This document shows positions 30,151 to 41,945 of a DNA stretch of 64,000 nt, one piece after another. This DNA is from Chrysomallon squamiferum (taxonomy: Eukaryota; Animalia; Mollusca). The stretch is taken from positions 13,702,001 to 13,766,000 of the forward strand of contig CM022672.1 in the NCBI GenBank assembly GCA_012295275.1, given 5' to 3'. A program made the translations under genes and the position numbers. Below the pieces are notes generated by a model. That model worked only from the letters and a program-made list of their open reading frames with translations, was not told where the DNA came from and searched no databases. Every line of letters begins with the position of its first letter. Within the stretch, counting starts at the first letter, position 1.

Positions 30151-30346
30151 TGCATTCATATTTATATACAGAGATATAATTAATTTTACTTATAGCTATC
30201 AGGACTCCGCCCTGTGTGACTACAATCGTGGGCGTGTGTACCTCAGTGACATGGCTAGTCAGCAGGGGGTGCCAGTGTTTGAAAACACAGTGGATGCAAT
30301 AAACAGTGCCATTTCTCAGCTGAAAGCACAACCTGTTTCCAGCTGA
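19256..30346 (+). CDS. raw: Raw-family protein (Drosophila Raw / C. elegans OLRN-1-like): two repeats of an EF-hand-like pair plus a nucleoside 2-deoxyribosyltransferase-like domain, 18 exons
   Basis: In-frame exons start at 19256, 19704, 20089, 20564, 21198, 21518, 21859, 22302, 22765, 23537, ~24132, 24731, 25985, 26730, 27175, 28263, 29346 and ~30196/30203. Motifs: LWEVFKKYD...[10 protein letters not shown]; [49 protein letters not shown]; LRETFNSV...[10 protein letters not shown]; [46 protein letters not shown]. Confidence 0.88.
21967..22007 (-). pseudogene. 41-nt fragment of SPOUT1 coding exon 9 inside raw intron 7
   Basis: tgtttcatccactgacattcctctatctgatgtgcccacag matches 13692-13732 at 39 of 41 positions. 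Confidence 0.85.
24950..26010 (+). repeat. Degenerate ~30-nt minisatellite derived from the acceptor junction of raw exon 13
   Basis: Many units of approximate consensus tgtttcag-attagtcagggatacaaatgttatc. The last unit is the true junction gcgtttcag|gtttgtcttggatacaaatgttac at 25985. Confidence 0.88.
27860..28225. repeat. Short intronic dispersed/tandem repeats
   Basis: atgttaatcttttgtagcagta..catyagtagagaattttta occurs twice, and tatrcccatcatatgttaatcttttgt occurs twice. Confidence 0.6.
28488..28866. repeat. ~185-nt tandem duplication in a raw intron
   Basis: Two copies of aaaaagttgatt...gtgctttagca...tttttggatag.attctgtaatttgttaattat...aagag.ttcattgat...actcccaag(g)tgacaaataatt. Confidence 0.85.
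29715..30150. repeat. Compound (CA)n/(CT)n microsatellite with internal duplications in the last raw intron
   Basis: Long CA arrays. The blocks ctttctctctctctcttgcacctac and cattctccyactcttgcata each occur twice. This region explains the HT/CV-rich pseudo-ORFs. Confidence 0.92.
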
Positions 30347-30399
30347 TATCTTTTATTTTGCTTTTAATGTGAATTCAGCTTTCCAAAGATTTTTTCACA

Positions 30400-30560
30400 T
30401 TATAATAATAATAATAATAATTAATATTGTTATTATTATTATTATTATTATTCTCATCATCATTATCATTATCATCATTGTCATTATCACTATTACTATT
30501 ACTATTACTATTACTATTAATATTATGATTATGATTATGATTATCATTATTATTATTATT
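30400..30560. repeat. (AAT)n/(ATT)n/(ATC)n trinucleotide tract in the raw 3' region
   Basis: Directly visible; gives a poly-Ile pseudo-ORF. Confidence 0.85.
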
Positions 30561-31508
30561 TTTATATTATTACAGAATACAAAAGACAACATTTTATTCA
30601 AAGCATGTTTTATCACCTACATTTGCAAAAATTTAATGATTTGGTCACTGAAAGATCAAGCCAAGATTTTAAAATTTGTTTTTAATTTTATTTCTATTTC
30701 TCATAAAAATGTGATATTATTTGAAATTAAACAATTGTGTTTTTTCACTGAAATACCATTTCATCATCTGCACATGCAAAAACAGAGTAAAAATCAAAGA
30801 TGGCTGATTGTATTGCCAGTAAATCCTGCTGTCGTGTTATTAGTTTTATGTATTAAAAGACTTCATGAAGTTTGAATATAAATGGTAATTACATATTTAT
30901 ATATATTTTTTTATAATTAAAATTATCACACTGGTATAAAAATATTATTTAAAATACAATGTATGCATATATATAGAGCAGTTTTGTGTGGAAGGTATAA
31001 AAAATTTCAGTATGGAATTTATGTTTAATGCTGTATTTTTATTGTTAAATGTTAGCTTTTTTAAGATGAAGTTGTAATTGGATACCACAAGCAAATTTGT
31101 CTCTGCAAATAACTCATCTATGATATTGAATTTGAGCTGGAATAACTGTATGCAAAAATAAGAAGAATGAATTCCATAAACATTTATGTATAATCATTAT
31201 CATTTTTTTGTTTTTTTTTGTTTTTTTTACTGTTTTATGAATCATAACATTTACTAGATAATGAAGAGATTTTGTTTATTTATGTGATTACAATTATGGT
31301 CACTTCTGTTTCCATACAATTAATATTTAGTCTTTGATTATAAACAAGAAGATATTATTATTTTTTTTTTTTTTAAATGTCTGTGTCCACAAATTTTTAT
31401 CACTCATATGCATTTAGCTTTTAACTTGTTATTATTAATGTTCTTTTATAATCTTTATATAAATATGGACATGTAGGTTTTGTGTATATGTTTGTATGTA
31501 TTTATATA

Positions 31509-31546
<38 letters not shown>

Positions 31547-32599
31547 GATATAGATATAATTTTTATAAAAATATGCACATGTAGTTTTTGTGTATATGTA
31601 TGTATGTATTTATATATGTGTGTATGTTTATGTATGTGTGTATGTGTCTGTGTGGGTATATGATATGTATATGTGTGAATATATATATATATACACACAC
31701 ACACATACATACATGTGTGTGTTTGATATGTATGTATGTATGTGTGTATATATATGTGTATATATGTGTGTATGTGTGTTTATTTGATGTATACTATGGT
31801 TTCTGTTTTAATATGTTGACTGTGGACCACTGAATTAGAATGATCAGCTTTAACAGACTGGTATTTTGTATGTGCCTCAGCCATTTCAGCTTATTTCAGT
31901 GTATTTGTGTATGTGTCTGTGTGCGAGTTTGTGTGCAAGTATCACAATGCGTGGTGTGTGGTGTGGTGTGTTTGAACGTATGAGTGTGTTTGGGAATACT
32001 AAACTGTGTATGTGTGAGTATCAGTGTATGTGTGTATGTGAACAATGTTGATTTATACAACAGCTGTACATTTTGTAGAAGTATAAGGTGCTTCTTTTTA
32101 TATATATTTTTATAACATTTTATTATTTTTATTATTATTTCAAGTACTACTGTATAAAATAAAGCAACTAAAAATTCATACACAAGAACATCCATGAACA
32201 CTCTAAATGCATGTACTAAATTCTGAAAGCATATTTTTTAATGTTACTTCGTATCAGAGTAATACATTTTTATTTATTTTTTAACCTGTATTGCATATAA
32301 TTACCAAAAACATTAAAGTTTTAATATAACTCTAAACAACAAATTTTTAATTCTTATAAGAAATTTGTGGATCCATATTTTAAATTATTAAATACTTGTG
32401 CATTTTATTTTTTTTATTTTCTTCTGATATACTGGATAATGTATTACGTGGTTATCTCAAATACATATCTTTTATCTTTTGTTATGTTGATATTATTGTG
32501 ATATGCAATATTTCTCAGTTGATCTTCAGTTTTAATATTGTTCTAAGCAATATTATATATCTGTCATATTACTCCTTTTCATCTACAGTCCTTCATAGT

Positions 32600-33480
32600 A
32601 ATGTGTAAATATTACACTGATCTACAGTATATGTCATATTTATCTAAGAATGTTGTTATATCGATCTACAAGTTGTTTTTGTCATTGATCTGCAATAGAT
32701 ATGTCAGTTGTCTACCGCAAGTTGCTTCACTGATGTGTAACAACTGACATATTGCTCTGCAGCTGTTTAGATTCATCTACACTAGTGTGTAGTCTCAAAT
32801 ACTGTAGTCATTGATCTACATAAGTCGCGTCAGATTAGTCAACAATAGTAGTCACGTTGGACTACAAATGAGTCGATTTAGTCTACAACTGAGTCATATT
32901 AGTCTACAACTGTAATAGTGTTTCCAGCATTTGTTATATTAATCTACAACAATTTTGTTATATTAACATACAACAGTCAATTCCATTAGTCTGCAATAGT
33001 TTTTTTGATATATATATAAACTTGCAATAGTTTGTCATATCAGTCTGCAATAGTTTTTCTACTAACTTGTTATTTTGACCTACTGATCTACAAGTATGTT
33101 ATTCTACTGCAAATGCCTTTGTTTATTAATCAACATGAATCTGGAGTAGTTTGTCATTCTAAAATATTGTCTGTGGTATATTAACTTGTATTTTAATCTA
33201 CTGATCTACAAGAATCTGATTTATTAATCTACAGATATATTGATCTGCAATAGTTTTGTCATGTCATTCTAAATACTGTTTCTGTTTAATATTTAGTAGT
33301 TATTTTAATCTATTGATCTACAAAAGTCAATTACACTGATCTGCAATAGTTTCTACTGAAATTATTAATTTTTATTTTTATTTACAACAATCTTTTTTTC
33401 TTACTAATTCATCATGGTATATCATATTTATCTGCAAACAGTTACTGACTTTATTGATTATCTGCAACTACTGTATTTAT
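32600..33480. repeat. Degenerate intergenic minisatellite with core attgatctacaa / atctgcaatagt
   Basis: The core recurs many times at spacings of roughly 20-45 nt, with a few longer duplicated blocks. Confidence 0.7.
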
Positions 33481-34448
33481 GTTATTCTAATATGTGCAAG
33501 AATGTATTTATAATCATAAGATAGTGATTTTTAGTTGAGATGATTTTTTAATTTAAGCCACTTTATTATTAAAATTATGGAATCATCAGGATATGAAAGA
33601 AATAAAAAGCATTGGTAGAGAATCTAATTTCCATAGTCTTTCATTTGGACATCAGCATTTGCAAGCCAGCAAAAAACACATGAACACACATGTACTTACA
33701 GTAACACATGCACACACACACATACAGAGACATAGACATTCACATGCATATGCAAAGATGCTATCATAAACAGAAATATAAATAGAGGAAAGGTTTTTAA
33801 AAATGATTTTATAAAATTCTTACATTGCTGCGGATGTGATTTTTTAAAATTCTATTTTAATTTTAATTAGCTTCAGATTACATTTCGGTAATAAATTATT
33901 TTTATTCTATTATAATTTTAATTAGCTTCAGATTAAGTACTGGTTACATTTCGATAATAAATTATTTTCTAATAACAGTGTTTTTAAATGGTGTTGTTTA
34001 TTTTCTTTACTTAGCTGAATAGTAAAAGAATAGTTTGTGTCAAACTGATGTGTTACGTACAATGGCTTTAAATTTCGATATTTTATTTTATTTGCTATTT
34101 GTTAGAAATTAAAATTTGTATAACAAGTTTATGAAAATACAAGAAGACTAGCTGATGTATATATATATATATATATATATCATCGCAACGATGACAGTAG
34201 ACTTCAAACGTTAAACGTATGTTGTTTCTATCGGAATAGAGATTTATATATTTTTAATATTTTTAAAATAAAATATTAGAGGCATATATATATAATAACT
34301 ATACCTTGCTTGTTCAGGGTGCATGGTATCTGCTAAAGAAATATGTTAAATAAGATTTAAAATAATAATAATAATAATAATAAAAATAAATAAAATAAAT
34401 AAATAAAAACGTTCAAACAAAAAACAAATGTTGTAAATACGAGTAAAT

Positions 34449-35116
34449 TCATTTCCATATAAAACTGACAAGTTGGCCAAATACAATAAACGCTATTTTG
34501 TTTACAAACAATTCAGACGACGAATTTTTTTCCTTCTCTTCCTTTTTGGGTAAATGTGCCTCAAAATCCGTTTTTGCTTTACCTATAATAAATAATAATA
34601 ATAATAATAATAATAAAGATGATGATGATCAAAATAGTAACAATAATAATGATAATGATGATAATAATAACCATAATTAATTATGAAATAATAATATATA
34701 AGGATATTATTAAAATAATTAGGAGAAGGAGAAGCTCTTCAGCTCTTCATTGTCAAGATATAATTTTGGAAATTTTAACTAATTAAACAATCCTAACTTC
34801 AGTGATATTTTCCGGTATTTTCAAGAGTGGAACCAATGATTTTCAAAAAGAAGAAACATATATAATTGTTATTATAATTAAACAGTCAAGAAAATCTATA
34901 TATATATTTTTTTAATGATACTAAAAAATAAAAACATTTTAAAGTTATGTCGATAGAATTTGAGGTTTAGTTAATCATGATGGTTACCTATTGGTTGGTT
35001 GTTACACAGACCCTCATTGCAGATGCACCAAACTTCCATGTACCACTTGTAACAACCGTCTGGGGGCATTGGATTGGGCAAACCCCATTGAGTATCGGAA
35101 CAACCACGATACACCA
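34449..35116 (-). CDS. Duplicated Ly6/three-finger 3' exon pair (alternative terminal exons or 5'-truncated paralog)
   Basis: Exon 34988-35116: VYRGCSDTQWGLPNPMPPDGCYKWYMEVWCICNEGLCNNQPIG. Exon 34449-34582: GKAKTDFEAHLPKKEEKEKNSSSELFVNKIAFIVFGQLVSFIWK*. Reading frames and splice sites are intact, and both are paralogous to exons 3-4 of the adjacent gene. Confidence 0.8.
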
Positions 35117-35159
35117 CTAGAAACATGAATTAAAATAAAATACTTACTTTAATGATGGT

Positions 35160-35181
35160 TGTGTGTGTGTGTGTGTGTTTG

Positions 35182-35272
<91 letters not shown>
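35160..35272. repeat. (GT)n-(GA)n microsatellite
   Basis: Directly visible. Confidence 0.95.
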
Positions 35273-35274
<2 letters not shown>

Positions 35275-36594
35275 ATTACTGTTAGAATATCATTAAATGA
35301 AATTTGTTTGAAAATAAAATGACTGACGAACCATGCACCCAAAGCATTCCAAACAGAAAAAGCAAAGCTTGTGGTCGACACACATTTACAGCCCACATAA
35401 CACGAAAAACAACATGGAATTCTTCTTGCTACTGTAAAACGAACACTGTTAATTATATTATGATTCCAAATATTCTATTTAAAAACATATATAACACATA
35501 GAAAGGCTTATTTCCATTAAATTAAAAACTGCAAATGATTTTTAAAATTCATTTTAAAAATAATCCTATCAATAAGCTTTTGGGAAATCAGCTGACAAGT
35601 AATCAAAATAAACAAACAATATTCTATCAAACAACAACAACAATAATAAATATAATAATAATAATAATATGTGGATAAATGCAGAAACATTAGATAAGAA
35701 TCAAGTTACAAATTTCAAATATTTGTTGAATTATATTACAAATAACTATGAAAAAATTAACCATACTACGACAAATACATTTTACAAAACAGCTTTTATT
35801 AATTTTTACAAATATGTTTTTTTTAGGTTTTGTTTTTTTTAAAATAAATATTCCTAAATAAAAATGATTACTTACCCACGATAACCTACATGTCTTCAAG
35901 TGTGATTTACTGGAGCAGTATTTTTCAATCCAGCGACTTCAGTATTCATCACTATTATTATTTAACTTTGTTATTCATTGTTCACATAAACTGCAAACAG
36001 TTATTCGTGGTTTCTGTTATAACTGGACTAATCTAAAGTTAGCTTTTAAATCTGTAACATTATATTTAATGAACTATGTAATGCTCTGTTTGCATTGAGA
36101 AAAAACCAACAAAAAACAACCCCAAAAATGGATCCTTAAGTTAAAAAGAAGTTCAAGAGTGTTTAAACTATTTTATATGACGTTTTTAAATTTGAATGGT
36201 CAAGCACAACAACAAACAATAAAATGTATGTTGAAGGTCATAGATATAAACAACATGATTCCATCATGTTTTTCGGTTTGTTTTTGTTAAATTTTATAGA
36301 TCTATTTTTTCGATTTGACATACACACACACTAAAATAAATAAATTAAAAAAATAAATAAATAAATAAAATAAAATAAAATACATACATAAAACAACAAA
36401 AAAAACCCCACTAAAAATGGATTGTATTTAGTAAATATTCAAACCTAGGTCTATGTCATGCAAATATTATGTTCTTCTTCATTCCTCGTTGCTAAAGTCA
36501 CAAAACTAAGACTTAAGATTAAAATATCAAACATGTTTACAAAGATGACTTTAAACAAAACAAAAAAAACAAAAAATTTATTTGTCAGATATAA

Positions 36595-37848
36595 TTATAA
36601 AAATATAATTATGAAAATTGTCAGATAAAATAAATTTGTAAAACGTAAACTGCTCCCAGAATTATTATTGTCATCTTTAGGTAAATGAGCTTCAAAATCT
36701 GCTGTCGGTTTACCTGAAACAAATATTTATTTTGTTTACTTTGTGTGCCCGTTCATATGTACTGTATATGTATGAACGTATGTATGTATGCATGTACGCG
36801 TTTATATATATATATATATATATATGTATCTATCTATATATGTAAGTATGTATGTATAATTATGCATGTATTTAGTTATTTGTTATTATTAATTCGTTAA
36901 TTTTCCTTTTGTGATACCTTTCCATTGTTTTTCTCTTATTTTTTGTTTGACAATTAACATGATATGCAATTTATAAAGAATTATATATGTAATGTTTTTC
37001 AATAATACTTCATTCGGAACAAAATTATGTTGCTAAAAATACATATATATATATATATATATACTTCATCTTCTTTTATGTACTTTGCATATGTTTTCAT
37101 GTCCTAACGAATTTGCGTTCACGCCTGTTAATAACAAAATAAAATAAATTAGATGTTTACCTAAAGGCTGCCCATTACACAAGTCACTTTTACAAATACA
37201 CCATATTTCTTCATAGTATGTGTAACATCCGTCTTTGGGGAGTGGGTCTGGCAGGCTACCTCTCCATAGCAGATCCGTGCAGCCCCTGTACACCACTGTA
37301 AACAACACTGGTACATACATAACAAAACAAACACATACAAACAGCTGCACCACGCAAGCTTAACTCTGTGTCTTTCTGTTCACTGACTGTTATATTGTCG
37401 TCGTCCTTGTTGTTATTATTATCATCATCATTATCGTTAGTAGTAGTAGTAGTGGTGGTGGTGGTGGTGGAGGGTGGTGGTATTACAACGTGATGATGAT
37501 GGTCATTTTGTGCAAGTAATTTTTCATAATTTATATCTAATATTCTTATTTTTATTCTTTCTGTTCTTTTCTGTTTTTTTAAATTTTTATTGTTTTATTT
37601 CCTTTGTACATTTTTTTATTAATTTATCAATTTATTTATTTATTTATTTGGAAACATTATTTAGATTTTATTTTTACATAACGATTCAGTTTTATTTTCT
37701 TTGTACTTTATTTCGTATTTTTGAAACGTATCTGATCATGTAATAATCGTAAAAAAACGTTTAAATATTTTCCCAGAAGACACTTACACAGTAAAATTTA
37801 TTAAATATTACTGATACTACCTTGCTTTTTTTGTTTCTATATTTGCTT

Positions 37849-37888
<40 letters not shown>

Positions 37889-38299
37889 GTTTCAGTAATT
37901 TTAATGATCTAATTGAAGCAATGTTTTACACAGGTATATTAACACAAGCAAACATACTCCACAATAAAGAGAGTACCTTTTCACAAAGTCGTGCGTTAGT
38001 GCCATAACCAGACAACAAATTAAAAAACAAAAACATAATAAAAAATAATAAATAATAATAAAACAACAACAACCACGACCAGAACCCCAACAACAACAAC
38101 AACAACAACAATAATAATAACAAAAATAAAGTGAAATAATAAAAAATACACGCAGGCATCTATAGCAAATCAAAACAAACGTGTCTAAATCGAAAACTTT
38201 TTTTTACTGTTATACAATTTGGTAACTGTATTATTGTTTCTAAATTCTTTCGTTAATAAGTAGGCTACATGGGTGGACGTAAATATTTATTTATTTATT

Positions 38300-38365
<66 letters not shown>

Positions 38366-39271
38366 CCTTGGTTTCGTCTGTAATTTGCCAAAAATTTCTT
38401 ACTGAGACTAACTGAAATTAAGTCCTTTTCTATACATACACAAATTTTATGCTTCTCTATCCACTATAATAGAAATTCAATATTTTGTTCTCTCTCTTTT
38501 TTTTTTGTATGTTTTTTGTTATTTTATTACTGAAATACAACTGCAAATACAAACGTAAACACGCACATGCACATGCACAAGAATTAAATCTCTTAGAATA
38601 GTTTGAATTAATAGGAAAAAAAAAAAATAATAATAATAATAAAAATAATAAATAACTGTACATTATAGATTCTTATTTCAGTTATAAAATGGTTCTTTAT
38701 TAATAATTTGCTGGTTATAAAATATGGACAATCATATCTGTTAATAAGAGTGAAAACAAAATATGAAGTACTGTTATTAACAAATAACAAAATAAATAAA
38801 TGAATAAAGGCTATGCTAGGAGTGACACTGTTAAACCTGAGTTTAGAATTTAAAAATAACTTTCACTAGGGATGAGTCAAACCAAAATAATTTAAATAAT
38901 ACAGGTATTCACACCCTTTTATTTGATAATTATAAGAGATCTGTTTTTATCAGTAATCTATATATGTATATTTAATTTTCATTAATTCTCTAATATTAAT
39001 AAAAACGACGAAGGTAACTTCAGTTTTAAACAAATCTTTTAAAACATTACAGACGTAAGAAAAGGTTTAAAAATGGCAGAAAGCAGACGTCGTAAACTTA
39101 CATTCTGGGTCAAGGTCGTCTGTCCTGGTGAAGCAGTGTCCTGTGCAGTTGTCTTTGTAGACGATTATACTGTTTTTGTCAATGACGCCATCACCGGGGC
39201 AGTGTTTCTGAATCTGATTTTCAAACTTACTTTGACAAATAAAACATTGCTTTATGGGTTTCTTTTCTGAA

Positions 39272-39321
<50 letters not shown>

Positions 39322-39920
39322 ATTTAATTTAAAAATTCCTGAAATTCGCTCTCTCCGCATGTCAAGGATGTGTATATTACTATATATATGCATATACTAA
39401 TATAAAGATTTACGTATAAATGTGTGTGTCTGTGTGTTTGTGTATGTTTATATATATTTATATATAAACATTTTTGATACAATATCAGCACTGTAGTTGA
39501 TATTACCACATTAAAATGTTCATGGCTTCAACCATGTCTTTCTTACCGAAATCACAACCAGTATGGCAATTAGCAAAGTTACAATAATTTGTTTTCCGTA
39601 CTTTGACCATTACCATAGCAACCATTGTAAGGTTAATTATTTCTGTTATTACAAGACAACTACCAAGAGTATTTATTTTTTTTTTTTTTACGTAATTAAT
39701 CTTTAATAATACTTAATCATTCTCACTTTAAAGCTTAAAGATTTACTTTTTAAAACACTAAGTTCAAAACTTCAAAATTAAATATTATCTGTTAAATAAA
39801 TAAATAATCATCTTTATACAAACCTTTATTTTCGCACTCGATCAGACAAAACAAACAAAACAAAACCAGAATTAAAATATAACCGAAAACAGATCGAGAT
39901 GAAGCTACGCAGTATTCCAT
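36595..39920 (-). CDS. Ly6/uPAR three-finger protein (quiver/sleepless-like), signal peptide and probable GPI signal, 4 exons
   Basis: Exons 39824-39920 (MEYCVASSRSVFGYILILVLFCLFCLIEC), 39102-39266 (KQCFIC..HCPG..NCTGHCFTR), 37161-37295 (VYRGC..DGCY..WCICKSDLCN) and 36595-36713 (..NNSGSSLRFTNLFYLTIFIIIFL*). All introns are phase 1, and the 10-Cys pattern ends in CN. Confidence 0.9.
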
Positions 39921-39968
39921 TTTTGAAAGTAAGTGTTTCGTTTTATTTTTCCCTATAGTTAGCGGCGT

Positions 39969-39978
39969 GTCACGTGAC
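39969..39978. promoter_or_regulatory. Perfect GTCACGTGAC palindrome (CLEAR/extended E-box)
   Basis: Lies ~50 nt upstream of the Ly6 ATG at 39920 in a CpG-retaining patch. Confidence 0.45.
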
Positions 39979-40268
39979 TGCGAAAGAAAGAATGCAAGCA
40001 CGGGGCGCTTTTCAAAGTAGCAACAAACTGTTTAATTTTCGCTCACCCGTCCCAACAGAGTAAATTTGATTAGGCAGCCAGCTAGAGGATTCACATGTTG
40101 ATACATCAAACAAAACGATTTGTGATGAGGCAGAAGGCGAGAAATTATTGATATTCCACGGCAGTTATATGTTGAATGAAAGGCTTCGAGCTGTTTTTGT
40201 TCTTTTTAAAATAAAGTTCTTGCAGGCCTTAAATATTAAGAAGTCTGGAGAAATAAAAGAAATTGTCG

Positions 40269-40270
<2 letters not shown>

Positions 40271-40350
<80 letters not shown>
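40271..40350. repeat. (TC)n microsatellite
   Basis: About 40 TC units. Confidence 0.95.
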
Positions 40351-40354
<4 letters not shown>

Positions 40355-40716
40355 TTTCTGTGTATTTCTGATGTGCAGATATATTAGACAAGCATACAGA
40401 TATGTAGGTGTGTGGACTGACAAACAAATGAACACAGAAATCTAAGGATATATCAATATAGAAACAACAGTTAAATTGTCAAATGGAATGGGTACTTCTC
40501 CCATTTTTCCAGTCTAATTCTTTTCTATTAAAAAGTGAAACCCTTGTCAGCTAGGAAAACGATTTTTTCCTTAAAATTTCAGATCTGCCGCCGAATCTTT
40601 AAATATAATAACCGAATGTAAATGTATTTTAATCACGGACGTCAGTTAAATCACACTCAGTAACTGATTCACTTCTCTTACAGTTGTTGTTCATTTTATT
40701 TCACTACTTTTCTTCT

Positions 40717-40748
<32 letters not shown>

Positions 40749-41004
40749 TCTTGAAGGTTTTCTCAGCTAAAGACTATTTCCTCCACAGAAAATATTGCAC
40801 GGTATATCGTAAACGAAGCTGAATAAGAGACGCGAAAATGGTATTTTGAAACTTTCACACGCTGAAAAAAAAAAAAAAAAATTGTTTTCTAAAACATTTA
40901 TATTGTTCTTTGTTAACTGTTTGTGTTAGGCTTTTTGATACCTGTCCAAAACGGTGTTCCTGTCACTTTTCAAATACAGGTTAAAAAAGAAGAAGAAAAA
41001 ACAG

Positions 41005-41610
41005 GAGATAAGTTATACTGAACAGATAAAATAAGGTTGGTGAAATGATGGTTTCAAGGTATACTGAACAAGCAAAATTATGTTTGTTTGAAATGATAGT
41101 TTTCGAATTATACTGAATAAACAAAATTAGCCTAAGTGAAATGACAGTATGAAAGGGATAATGAGGGGATAAACAACAACAAAACACAACAGGTTTTGTT
41201 ACAATGATAACAGGCAAAAACAAAATTAGGTTATTATACTGAACATATAAAATCAATCTGTACTTAAAATGATAGCAGATATATTATCTGAATAAACAAA
41301 ATCAAATTTGTTTGAAATGGCAGCAGTAAAAATATACTCAACAAACAAAATAAGGTTTTGTTAAACTGATACTAAACAAATTACACTGAACAAAAAGAAA
41401 GTCATCTACTATTTAAAAATAATACTGATAATAATAATCTGTACTTGAAATGATAGCAAATATATTATCTGAATAAAAAAAATCATATTTGTTTGAAATG
41501 ACAGCAGTAAAAATATACTGAACAAACAAAATAAGGTTTTGTTAAACTGATACTACGCAAATTACACTGAACAAAAAGAATGTCATCTACTATTTAAAAA
41601 TAATACTGTA
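41005..41610. repeat. Degenerate ~40-nt minisatellite (atactgaayaaacaaaat...gaaatgayag) with a ~180-nt higher-order duplication
   Basis: aatctgtactt.aaatgatagca...catctactatttaaaaataatactg occurs at ~41255-41427 and ~41436-41608. Confidence 0.8.
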
Positions 41611-41839
41611 ATATCACCACGGCTAACAACATCAACAACAACATTATAAATAGCAATAACATTCGGAAAACAGATTTAAAGGTCTAAACAAACAAATAAT
41701 AAAAAAAGAGATTTATCTTTCGACAAAATTAAAAACATTTTATTTATTTATTTATATCGAAATGATAATACAGGGTGTTTTGGCTATGCAAATATATAGT
41801 CAACATTATTTGACATAACATTATTAGTTCAGAGTTAAA

Positions 41840-41945
41840 TACTGACGCTATATTTAGACTGGTATCGGATGTAACGTCGGCTGACTCATGACGTTGTCAG
41901 ACAAGTTTCGGTTAAATACCCAGACGCGGAAATTTGACGTGCGCA
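41840..41945. promoter_or_regulatory. Cluster of bZIP-type sites (AP-1 TGACTCA and CRE half-sites)
   Basis: tgactca at 41882-41888 abuts atgacgtt. Further tgacgc (~41843) and tgacgt (~41935) lie upstream of the secreted Ly6 gene. Confidence 0.4.

Noticed and set aside
29665-30183. Long His/Thr- and Cys/Val-rich ORFs on both strands
   Set aside because: They are translations of (CA)n microsatellite inside the last raw intron. Only the final ~48 codons of ORF 29699-30346 are a real exon.
30369-30875. 168-aa poly-Ile ORF resembling a membrane protein
   Set aside because: Trinucleotide microsatellite in the 3' region with no domain signal.
40148-40445. SL/RE dipeptide ORFs
   Set aside because: Translations of a (TC)n tract.
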